Notes: a model not told the origin generated them from the sequence alone. A stretch of 12,320 nt of DNA from Candidatus Iainarchaeum sp. (GCA_937968065.1 CALBUD010000054.1:1-12320); one strand, 5' to 3'. Positions 1-6,925 are shown, counted from the stretch's first letter. Numbers and translations are program-made.

Positions 1-16
1 TTGAGAATAGTCAAAT

Positions 17-1789
17 ATGAAAAAGTTATTAATAAATAATAACAATAAAATTTACGCAATATCACCATTAATAGCAACTATTCTTTTAATTGTTGTTGCA
101 GTTGCAATCATAGGAATAATTATTTCTTGGGGAAAAAATTTTACTCAAGAAAATTTAGATATAGATGTAACAACCTACAATTTATCAAATTATAAAGATT
201 TTGTTTGGTATGATCGACTTACAGGTAATAATCTACAAATAAAAAACTTAGGAGATCAAAGTTTTGAAATAACAGGTTATAAAATAAACACCTCTCTTAA
301 TTCTCCTTATCTAAATCAAGTTATAACTTTAGATGAACCAATACAAGTATTAAATAACAGTACACAAATAATTCCTTTATTCTGTGTTCCAGAACCAGAA
401 TTTTTTATAGAAATAATAACTTCAGATAGTACTTATTTTAATATTCCTATAAAAAATGCACAAATGCATTTATCTTCTTGTTTTCTTGATTTTGAAATAA
501 CCTCACCAGAAGAAGATTATATTTTTGTTTTAACACAAGAAATATTTTTTTCTTCGCAAGTAAATAAAACTTTAGGAGATTATAATTGTTTTTGGGATTC
601 AAATATAGATGGAGAACTATCTACAGATTGTAATTTTACAAAAAGTGACTTATCTCCAGGAACACACAATATTACATTAATTGTTACAGATAATTTATTT
701 CAAGATAATTTACAAATTATACTTGAGATAAAAGATAATCTTGGAGCCGAGATCACCTCTCCAAACAATAACGATACATTTAATTATAACGAAACAATTA
801 ATCTTGTAGGTACTGCAATTAATTATTACGGAGATTATAATTGTTCTTGGTTTTCAAATCAAGATTTAAATTTAGGAACTGGTTGTACTTTAGATGTAAA
901 TTTATCTAAAAACACACACACTATAACTTTAACAGTTGAAGATGATTTAGAAGAAGTAACAGATAATATTATATTAGATATAGTTTCAATAACAGGAAAT
1001 ATAACATCACCTTTAAACAATTCTGAATACGAAGAAAATGATACTATTACTTTTCAAGCATCAGCAAATAATGCATATGATAATTTATATAGTTGTTCTT
1101 GGGATTCAAATATTGAAGTAAGCACTTTATCTACAGAGTGTTCTTTTACAAAAAGTGACTTATCTCCAGGAACACACAATATTACATTAATTGTTACAGA
1201 TAATTTAGATATAGATTATGTAAACATTAATCTAATAGTAAATGAACCACCTTGTTCAGGTCTTCCATATATAGCCTATTCTGGAAGTTATCTTTGTATT
1301 CATCCTACTTTAAATAATAATGGAGACAGTATTCAATGGGGTTGTAAGGATAACATTGTATCTCCATCAGCAACATCTTTATCTGATGGTAAACAAAACA
1401 CACAAAACATAGTTTCTTGGCATGAGGGTTGGAGTAGCCCTTGGGAAATTGGTCCTAATGGAGAAACTTGTAGTATAGATGCTGATGGAAATGTTGCTGC
1501 AAGATATTGTGATGAACTTGATTCTTATGGTTTTAATGATTGGTATTTACCTGCAAGATCTCAATTAATAGATATTTGGTATGTTGGGAGTGGTAGTAAT
1601 GAAACTATGAATGCTAATATCATAAAAGGAAATTATGAAAGTGAATGGCAAAATATTTCTACAAGTGACCATTGGACAAGTACTGAAATTAATGATGTGG
1701 CTTATGGATTTAGAGGATCTAATGGTCTTTTTAGTGTAATTGCAGGTAAAAATTTTGCTTTGCGTATTCGTTGTGTTCGTGATCATTAA
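17..1789 (+). CDS. Modular secreted/surface protein: archaeal type IV pilin-like N-terminus (class III signal peptide), beta-rich spacer, three tandem Ig/PKD-like repeats, C-terminal DUF1566 (Lcl C-terminal-like) domain; putative adhesin
   Basis: ATG at 17 opens a 590-codon frame, which is long for a genome this AT-rich. The N-terminus 'KIYAISPLIATILLIVVAVAIIGIIISW' matches the archaeal pilin/archaellin-type '(G/A)-(V/I)-SP-(V/L)-IATxLL' hydrophobic helix. Three 83-85-aa repeats each start with 'ITSP' and carry 'Y(N/S)CxW(D/F)SN...C...L S x (G/N) T H x I T L x V x D (N/D) L'. The C-terminus reads 'AARYCDELDSYGFNDWYLPARSQL ... HWTSTE ... ALRIRCVRDH', matching the DUF1566 pattern (yC..l...g..dWrLP...EL ... 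yWsSt ... vRCVR). Confidence 0.85.
   Translation: MKKLLINNNNKIYAISPLIATILLIVVAVAIIGIIISWGKNFTQENLDIDVTTYNLSNYKDFVWYDRLTGNNLQIKNLGDQSFEITGYKINTSLNSPYLNQVITLDEPIQVLNNSTQIIPLFCVPEPEFFIEIITSDSTYFNIPIKNAQMHLSSCFLDFEITSPEEDYIFVLTQEIFFSSQVNKTLGDYNCFWDSNIDGELSTDCNFTKSDLSPGTHNITLIVTDNLFQDNLQIILEIKDNLGAEITSPNNNDTFNYNETINLVGTAINYYGDYNCSWFSNQDLNLGTGCTLDVNLSKNTHTITLTVEDDLEEVTDNIILDIVSITGNITSPLNNSEYEENDTITFQASANNAYDNLYSCSWDSNIEVSTLSTECSFTKSDLSPGTHNITLIVTDNLDIDYVNINLIVNEPPCSGLPYIAYSGSYLCIHPTLNNNGDSIQWGCKDNIVSPSATSLSDGKQNTQNIVSWHEGWSSPWEIGPNGETCSIDADGNVAARYCDELDSYGFNDWYLPARSQLIDIWYVGSGSNETMNANIIKGNYESEWQNISTSDHWTSTEINDVAYGFRGSNGLFSVIAGKNFALRIRCVRDH
56..130 (+). other. Class III (prepilin-type) signal / pilin hydrophobic helix, aa 14-38 (AISPLIATILLIVVAVAIIGIIISW)
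   Basis: A short polar, Lys-containing leader (MKKLLINNNNKIY) is followed by A|ISPLIAT and about 22 uninterrupted hydrophobic residues. The putative prepilin-peptidase site would fall after Ala14. The usual charged residue at -2 is Tyr here (Lys sits at -4), so actual processing is uncertain. Confidence 0.55.
634..697 (+). repeat. Copy A of a 64-nt perfect direct repeat (inside adhesin repeat 1)
   Basis: ttttacaaaaagtgacttatctccaggaacacacaatattacattaattgttacagataattta is identical base for base to 1144-1207. I compared the two copies position by position (offset 510 nt). Confidence 0.95.
1144..1207 (+). repeat. Copy B of the 64-nt perfect direct repeat (inside adhesin repeat 3)
   Basis: Identical to 634-697. 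The flanks stay similar (gggattcaaatat at 594-606 and 1101-1113; tatctacaga just upstream) but include a one-codon indel. Confidence 0.95.
1250..1786 (+). other. DUF1566 / Lcl C-terminal-like domain (Cys- and Trp-rich) of the adhesin
   Basis: Motifs: 'IQWGC', 'AARYCDELDSYGFNDWYLPARSQLIDIW', 'HWTSTE', 'AYGFRGSNGLFSVIAGKNFALRIRCVR'. The segment contains seven Cys residues. Confidence 0.6.
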
Positions 1790-2659
1790 TTAATATTTAA
1801 AATCTTTCTCTAAAATTTGTTTTTTTGTAATATTTACATACCCTTTCATTTCTCCACCAAAACTAGGGTATACAAATACTTTCTTATCTGGATTTTCTAA
1901 AATAATTTTATCTAAGATCTTTTTTTGTTCATCATAAGATTGATGTTGATTATACAAAAATAAAATAATGTCTGCAATTGTTTTTAAAGCAACAATTGCT
2001 TGTTTTTCAATAAAGTTCATTTCTTTAAATTCTTCATGAATAAGCCCTGGAGTATCAATTACTTGAATAATTTCTTCTCTTTTTTTAAAATATCCAAAGT
2101 TAAGTGTTTTGGTTGTAAAAGAATAAGAATTAATTTCAGGATCAGCAGTTGTTATTTCAGAAAGTAAAGTTGTTTTACCTGTATTTGGAACTCCAACAAG
2201 CACAATTGTAAATAATTTTTGTGGATTTGGTATTTGTCTAAAATATTTTGAATAACCTATCAAAGCTTCATTAGTTGAATCTAGTTTTTTAAGCATAGAT
2301 TTAAGTCTTCCAAGATATTCTTTTTTAATTTTATTTTTTCCAGAATAAGTTCTTTCTCTTTTAATAAATCTTTTATATTTTTCAGATAATTTATTTATAA
2401 GTGAAATTGTTGTTATATAATGATTTTTATGTTTATCTAAATTTCTTTCTGAAACAATATTTTTAGACATTAAAAGATAATAATCTTCCATTTTTGAATA
2501 ATCTGGAAGTGTTTTTAAAATATGGTTTAATCTATCACTAATACTATTGTGCACAAAATTAATATAAAACAAGACATCATCTTGTTTTTGTTCTTTTTTA
2601 ACTTTGTTTATAACCATTTCTAAAAATTCATTTGATTTTATTATTTCTGGATATTTCAT
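1790..2659 (-). CDS. NOG1-family (nucleolar GTP-binding protein 1-like) archaeal GTPase, short form
   Basis: G1 P-loop 'GVPNTGKT', G2 region 'YSFTTK', G3 'DTPGL', and the NOG1-type 'IEKQAIVALKTIADIILFLYN' segment. The N-terminal helical region ('SISDRLNHILKTLPDYSKMEDYYLLM') resembles the NOG1 N-domain. I placed the start at the ATG at 2659 (MKYPEII...). The ORF-track start at 2680 is a TTG seven codons upstream and is possible but less likely. The stop abuts the stop of the adhesin gene. Confidence 0.8.
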   Translation of the reverse strand: MKYPEIIKSNEFLEMVINKVKKEQKQDDVLFYINFVHNSISDRLNHILKTLPDYSKMEDYYLLMSKNIVSERNLDKHKNHYITTISLINKLSEKYKRFIKRERTYSGKNKIKKEYLGRLKSMLKKLDSTNEALIGYSKYFRQIPNPQKLFTIVLVGVPNTGKTTLLSEITTADPEINSYSFTTKTLNFGYFKKREEIIQVIDTPGLIHEEFKEMNFIEKQAIVALKTIADIILFLYNQHQSYDEQKKILDKIILENPDKKVFVYPSFGGEMKGYVNITKKQILEKDFKY

Positions 2660-2680
2660 ATTTTTTCTATTTTTAATCAA

Positions 2681-2882
2681 TTAGACAAAAATTAATTTTA
2701 CTCTTTTCTATAAATATTATTTCTTAAAACTATTTATAAAATGATTTAAATATTTCAAAATCAAAAAAAATCTAAAATAAAAAAAGCTACTTAAGATTAA
2801 TATACTTTTCTAATTATATAATATATATAAATACTATTTATTAGTATATAATTATTTTTTAAAAATAAAAGCATGATTTTAA
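2681..2882. promoter_or_regulatory. Divergent promoter region between the GTPase gene (-) and secF (+)
   Basis: This 202-nt spacer is extremely AT-rich and is the largest intergenic gap in the window. It carries TATA-like elements: gtatataatta at 2844-2854, about 30-38 nt before the secF ATG, and tataaatatt around 2709-2718, which on the - strand lies upstream of the GTPase start. No transcription start site can be derived from sequence alone. Confidence 0.35.
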
Positions 2883-3950
2883 ATGAAATTTTTTACAAAA
2901 ACTAACTATAAAAAACTATTAATCATTCCAATAATTGTTTTATTAATATTTCTAATATTAATATTTATAACTCCTGGAATTCAAAAAGGTATTGATCTTA
3001 AAGGAGGAAATCAAATAATTGTTCATTATAATGAACATAAAGAATATTCTTCTCTTGAAACTGCTTTAAGAGAAAACTATGGAATTTCAGAAATAAAAAT
3101 AAATGAAGTTAGAAGTTTAAATGATTATGGTTTATTAATAGAGTTTTCTTTACAAACAGATCTTGAAAACGCAAAAGAAGCTAGATCAAAATTAGATTTT
3201 ACAAATGATTTAGAAGTTTTAAAACAAGAAACAAGAGCTATTTTAAATCCACTTGTTTCAACAAACCTTTTAGAAGAAAATGACCTTCAATTTATAGAGG
3301 TTTCAAGAAATCAAGAAGATCTAAGATTAAGTTTAAATGAATCCTTAATTTTAGCAAATAATAATTTTTATAATCAAATAACATCTTTAGTAACAACAGA
3401 ACTTAATTTAGAAAACGATGCAAAAATACAAACCAGAGAAATTGCTCCAACTTTAGGAAAAGATTTTGTAAAAAGTTCTATTCAAGTTGGAATTGTTGCT
3501 TTCTTTTTATTAATAGTTGTTATTTTACTTTTCTTTAAAGAAATAATTCCTTCAGGATTAATTATTTTTGCAGTTATTTTTGATGTTTTTGCAGCTCTTG
3601 CAGGAATGGCAATTTTTAATATTCCTTTAAGTTTAACAACTATTCCTGCTCTTTTAATGCTTATTGGTTATTCTGTAGACACAGATATTCTTCTATCTAC
3701 AAGAGTTTTAAAAGATATTTCAAAAGATCCTTTTGATTCTGCAAACTCATCTGTTGCAACAGGACTTACCATGACTTTTACAACCATGGCAACAATTATT
3801 GTTATGCTTGTAATTTCTTACCTTACCCAAATGCTTGTAATTTTTGAAATCTCAGTAATACTTATATGTGGACTTGTTGGAGATTTAATATCAACTTGGT
3901 TTTTTAATGCACCTGCATTAATTAGCTATGCAAATAAAAAAAAAAGATAA
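2883..3950 (+). CDS. secF: Protein-export membrane protein SecF (archaeal)
   Basis: N-terminal TM helix, 'GIDLKGGNQ' just after TM1, an extracytoplasmic domain of about 175 aa, then a 5-TM block with the SecF signature 'LLMLIGYSVDTDILLSTRV' (compare bacterial 'IGYSLNDTIVVFDRI'). It lies directly upstream of secD, as in characterised archaeal secFD operons. Confidence 0.85.
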   Translation: MKFFTKTNYKKLLIIPIIVLLIFLILIFITPGIQKGIDLKGGNQIIVHYNEHKEYSSLETALRENYGISEIKINEVRSLNDYGLLIEFSLQTDLENAKEARSKLDFTNDLEVLKQETRAILNPLVSTNLLEENDLQFIEVSRNQEDLRLSLNESLILANNNFYNQITSLVTTELNLENDAKIQTREIAPTLGKDFVKSSIQVGIVAFFLLIVVILLFFKEIIPSGLIIFAVIFDVFAALAGMAIFNIPLSLTTIPALLMLIGYSVDTDILLSTRVLKDISKDPFDSANSSVATGLTMTFTTMATIIVMLVISYLTQMLVIFEISVILICGLVGDLISTWFFNAPALISYANKKKR

Positions 3951-3973
3951 ATATTTAAAAATGTGGATAACAA

Positions 3974-5605
3974 ATGAGAACATTAATTAAAAAACCAATA
4001 ATTATTTTTGGGATAATTTTAATATTAATATCTTTAACTCTTCTTGCAACATCAGGTTTAAAGTTTGGTGTTGATTTTAGTGGTGGTACTGCTTTTCAAG
4101 TGGTTTTAGAAGAGCCTTTACCAGCAGAAGAACTTGCACAAACATCATCAATCTTAGGAAGACGTCTTGATTGGTCAGGATCAAAAGATGCTAGAGTAAC
4201 TCCTTCTGGAAGTCAATATATAACAATTCAGATAGCAGAATCAGATCCTGAAGAAATTGCTGCTTTAAGAACAATTATTTTAAAACAAGGAAATTTTGAA
4301 GCAGTTCTAGGTTCAGAAATTTTATTTTCAGGAGAAGATATAAGAACAATTTATAAAGATCCATCTAGAGGATATGGAATCACAGAAATATCAAAAGGAC
4401 AAGATTATCAATGGGCTCTTCCATTTTTACTTTCTCCTGACTCTGCAAAAAGATTTTCTGAAATGACCTTTCATAAATGTACTTCAACAGGAGTAACTGG
4501 TGGAAGTTTAGATGATAGATATGAATGTGAAAAAACATATTTCTTTATTGATAGACCAAAAGATGCTATATTATTAATTGATAAAACAACTTATCTTGAA
4601 GAAAAAGAAGTTCCATTAATACCAGGATTTTTTACATCTTTTTTTCCAATTGAAGATATTTTTGATCAATTAACAGTTCCTTATTATGTTCTTGACTCAC
4701 AATTAACAGAAACTGAAAAAAATAATTTAATACAAACACACAACGATTATTCAAAAGTCATAGTTTCTCCAGGAATCTCTCAAGAAATATTAGATCAATT
4801 AGATGAGATTGGTTATAGAATAATACCTGTTGAAAAACAAGAAAACATGCCATGGATCTGGGATGCAACTGGTCTTAAATCAGTAATTTCTATAACACCT
4901 GGAATTGCAAATATGGATGTTTCAACAACCGCTTCTGCAAGATTTCAAATCCACTCTCAACTTCATATAACTGGAAGAGCAGAATCAAATGCAAGTGCAA
5001 AAGAAAGATTAGATGATCTTTTATTGATTCTAGAATCTGGCTCTCTTCCAATAGCAATTGAAAGTATTAGCACAGAATCAATCTCTCCTCTTTTAGGAAA
5101 AGATTTTTTGAAAACTTCTCTTTTAATTGGTATTTTTGCTTTATTAACTGTTGCAATTATTTTATTTATAAGATATAAACATTTAAAATTAGCAGCTCCA
5201 ATTCTTCTAACAGGTGCAACTGAAATTTTAATTCTTTTAGGTATTTTGTCTTTAATGAATTTTAGATTAGATCTTGCAGCTGTTGCAGGTATTCTTGCAA
5301 CCATAGGAACTGGAATTGATGACAACATAATAATTATTGATGAACTTTTAAGAGGAAGAAACAAAAATGATAAAGAACATCATGAAAGTCTTTTAAAGAA
5401 AATTAAAAAAGCTTTCTTTATTATGTTTGCAGCAGCAGCAACAACCGCTGCAACAATGTTTCCAATAATTTTCTTTAGTTTAGGTCTTGGAAAGTTAGTT
5501 GGGTTTGCTGTAACTATTTTAATTGGAACTGCAATTGGTATCTTTGTAACAAGACCAGTTTATGCACAAATAGCAAAAACCATGCTTGCAAAAGAAGGAA
5601 AATAA
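3974..5605 (+). CDS. secD: Protein-export membrane protein SecD (archaeal)
   Basis: TM1, 'GVDFSGGT', a large extracytoplasmic domain of about 345 aa, then a C-terminal TM bundle with 'GILATIGTGIDDNIIIIDELL' (compare SecD 'TIGMAVDANVLIFERI'). It starts 23 nt after the secF stop. Confidence 0.85.
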   Translation: MRTLIKKPIIIFGIILILISLTLLATSGLKFGVDFSGGTAFQVVLEEPLPAEELAQTSSILGRRLDWSGSKDARVTPSGSQYITIQIAESDPEEIAALRTIILKQGNFEAVLGSEILFSGEDIRTIYKDPSRGYGITEISKGQDYQWALPFLLSPDSAKRFSEMTFHKCTSTGVTGGSLDDRYECEKTYFFIDRPKDAILLIDKTTYLEEKEVPLIPGFFTSFFPIEDIFDQLTVPYYVLDSQLTETEKNNLIQTHNDYSKVIVSPGISQEILDQLDEIGYRIIPVEKQENMPWIWDATGLKSVISITPGIANMDVSTTASARFQIHSQLHITGRAESNASAKERLDDLLLILESGSLPIAIESISTESISPLLGKDFLKTSLLIGIFALLTVAIILFIRYKHLKLAAPILLTGATEILILLGILSLMNFRLDLAAVAGILATIGTGIDDNIIIIDELLRGRNKNDKEHHESLLKKIKKAFFIMFAAAATTAATMFPIIFFSLGLGKLVGFAVTILIGTAIGIFVTRPVYAQIAKTMLAKEGK

Positions 5606-5635
5606 TTTCTTTTTTTGCTTAATTTTTTCTTTTTT
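5606..5635 (+). terminator. Oligo-T tracts downstream of secD (candidate archaeal intrinsic terminator)
   Basis: Three runs (T7 at 5610-5616, T6 at 5623-5628, T6 at 5630-5635) follow the secD stop codon (5603-5605) directly. Archaeal RNA polymerase terminates at oligo-T stretches. Confidence 0.4.
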
Positions 5636-5703
5636 AAAAAATAAGTAACATTTAAATACTTTTACATAAACAATAATATTATAGTTTTTATATGTGAATA
5701 ATT

Positions 5704-6447
5704 ATGAATAGAAATTTAAAAATAATTTTATATGTTATCTTAATTGTTTGTGTGTTTGCTTTATTATTTATTATTTTTATAAATGATGCAACAACAGATA
5801 TCTTTCCTGAAAAAGTAGATACTAACAAACCTATAGAAAACGATTTTAATACTTCAATAAACCCTATAGATTCTTCTTCTAACCAACAACAAACAGATCC
5901 AGTTGATTATAAATCATTAAATGTTTGTCAAGAGGATGATTTTGAATGTATTGTTCAAAACATTTTAGAATGTAAACCCTCTTATTTAAGATTTTCAACC
6001 ACTTCAGTTTATTCAACATCTCCTATCTATGAAATTGATGTTGTTGTAAATTATACTATCAAAGGTTATTCACAAACACAAGAATGTATAGTAGATATTG
6101 ATTATGAACAAATCAATTTTAAAAAGAGAGATGTTTCAAGAGAGGATTTAATAAATTATTTTATGGAAAAATATAATTTTTCAGAAGAAGAAGTAAATCA
6201 AACACAAATAGATGATTTGATGAATATTTCTGAAAACGAATCACAAGAAGAATTATTAATGCATAATAATCAATATTATGATTTAACAACAAAAGACGCA
6301 ACCTGTATGTTTAATCAAGAAACTATTCTTAACTTATTGAATGAGATATTTGATCTAAACAGTAAAGATTTAAGCAATCATAGTTTGTTTAATGAAGACC
6401 GAAAAATAGAAACCTATACTAATTGTACAGGTAACTTATATAACTAA
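5704..6447 (+). CDS. Hypothetical membrane-anchored, acidic, Cys-containing extracytoplasmic protein
   Basis: ATG start with a 247-codon ORF. One N-terminal TM/signal-anchor helix (IILYVILIVCVFALLFIIFI), a polar linker (SSSNQQQTDP), then a domain with 6 Cys (CQEDDFECIVQNILEC...EC...C...C). I do not recognise the family. Confidence 0.6.
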   Translation: MNRNLKIILYVILIVCVFALLFIIFINDATTDIFPEKVDTNKPIENDFNTSINPIDSSSNQQQTDPVDYKSLNVCQEDDFECIVQNILECKPSYLRFSTTSVYSTSPIYEIDVVVNYTIKGYSQTQECIVDIDYEQINFKKRDVSREDLINYFMEKYNFSEEEVNQTQIDDLMNISENESQEELLMHNNQYYDLTTKDATCMFNQETILNLLNEIFDLNSKDLSNHSLFNEDRKIETYTNCTGNLYN

Positions 6448-6449
6448 AA

Positions 6450-6887
6450 TTACCTTTCTTTAAATGTTTTTAATGATAGGTAAAGTATAATTACACCAAC
6501 AACAAACCAAGAGAGTATGTGTGTTGTTTTTGCAACCTCTAGACTTATTTTTTCAGACCCTAAAACAATAACCAGTCTTAAAAGGTTTATAAACCACATG
6601 AAAAGAACCACTTCTAAAACTCTAGTATAATCTAATATTTTTTTAAAAGCTATTTTTGAAGAAAAAACTATACTTATATATATAGATATACTGATAACTC
6701 CGCTACAGATTGGTACAAAAACAAAAGGAGCATAGTTAAGAGTTTCTTTAAAGATATTCTTTATAACAAACTCCCAGAGGCTTATAAGTGGAGTTGCTAT
6801 ACTATTAAGTAATAAGAAAGTTAATATCCCATAAATAACTATAAAATATATTAAAAATAAGATAATGGCATTATTTTTAAGTTTCAT
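6450..6887 (-). CDS. Minimal exosortase/archaeosortase-family protein (145 aa)
   Basis: Polytopic membrane protein with about 4-5 hydrophobic segments. It carries the family core in the right order and spacing: 'VPICSGVISI' (Cys61, nt 6705-6707), 'FINLLRLVIV' (Asn101/Arg104) and 'TTHILSWF' (His123). These correspond to the CSG...N..R...H pattern of the exosortase/archaeosortase core domain. It is much shorter than characterised ArtA/XrtA enzymes. Confidence 0.6.
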   Translation of the reverse strand: MKLKNNAIILFLIYFIVIYGILTFLLLNSIATPLISLWEFVIKNIFKETLNYAPFVFVPICSGVISISIYISIVFSSKIAFKKILDYTRVLEVVLFMWFINLLRLVIVLGSEKISLEVAKTTHILSWFVVGVIILYLSLKTFKER

Positions 6888-6925
6888 ATAGAATATATCT
6901 TACATTCTCTTTATATTTTTATTTT

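Larger units (their letters stand above)
494..1249 (+). repeat. Three tandem in-frame coding repeats (about 255, 249 and 252 nt; 83-85 aa each) encoding Ig/PKD-like modules
   Basis: Repeat units start at nt 494 (E-ITSPEED), 749 (E-ITSPNNN) and 998 (N-ITSPLNN). Each has a conserved Cys pair (C-x11-13-C) and a '(T/S)H(N/T)ITL(I/T)V(T/E)D(N/D)L' strand. The fold assignment is tentative. Confidence 0.8.

Noticed and set aside
1381-1500. Local GC rise in the DUF1566-coding region (hand count 25/60 and 24/60 G+C, versus 14/60 at 181-240) as possible evidence of recent horizontal transfer
   Set aside because: Conserved core genes reach the same values; secD 4081-4140 counts 26/60. The rise is explained by Gly/Trp/Cys/Ala-rich amino-acid composition, so it is not usable as an HGT signal.
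1565-1786. 73-aa antisense ORF inside the DUF1566 region of the adhesin gene
   Set aside because: It is fully nested in a longer ORF with clear domain motifs. The product is low-complexity (Thr/Ile/Asn-rich) with no start context or family resemblance.
2660-2680. TTG-initiated 7-codon N-terminal extension (MIKNRKN) of the GTPase ORF
   Set aside because: An ATG at 2659 gives an N-terminus (MKYPEIIKS...) that aligns better with NOG1-type proteins. The TTG start cannot be excluded, because a TATA-like element lies about 30 nt upstream of it, so it is noted rather than adopted.
2681-2882. Largest intergenic spacers (also 5606-5703 and 8619-8746) inspected for tRNA, small RNA, CRISPR repeats or mobile-element ends
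   Set aside because: They are almost pure A/T with no G/C-paired stems, no repeated spacer-repeat periodicity and no inverted terminal repeats. They are best explained as promoter and terminator DNA.
3936-3945. A10 homopolymer at the 3' end of secF as a possible slippage or frameshift site
   Set aside because: It encodes the terminal KKK(K)R tail, 1-2 codons before the stop. The downstream secD has its own ATG 23 nt later, and no extended alternative frame is opened.
4963-5364. 133-aa antisense ORF inside secD, which is surprisingly long for an AT-rich genome
   Set aside because: Its frame sits so that a - strand stop needs a + strand (T/C)|TA or T|CA junction. That requires a Tyr, His or Gln codon following a codon that ends in T (or C). 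This secD stretch encodes TM helices almost devoid of Tyr, His and Gln. The single R-Y-K-H run has preceding codons that end in A. The open frame is therefore a compositional by-product. The product has no recognisable motifs and lies fully within a conserved gene.
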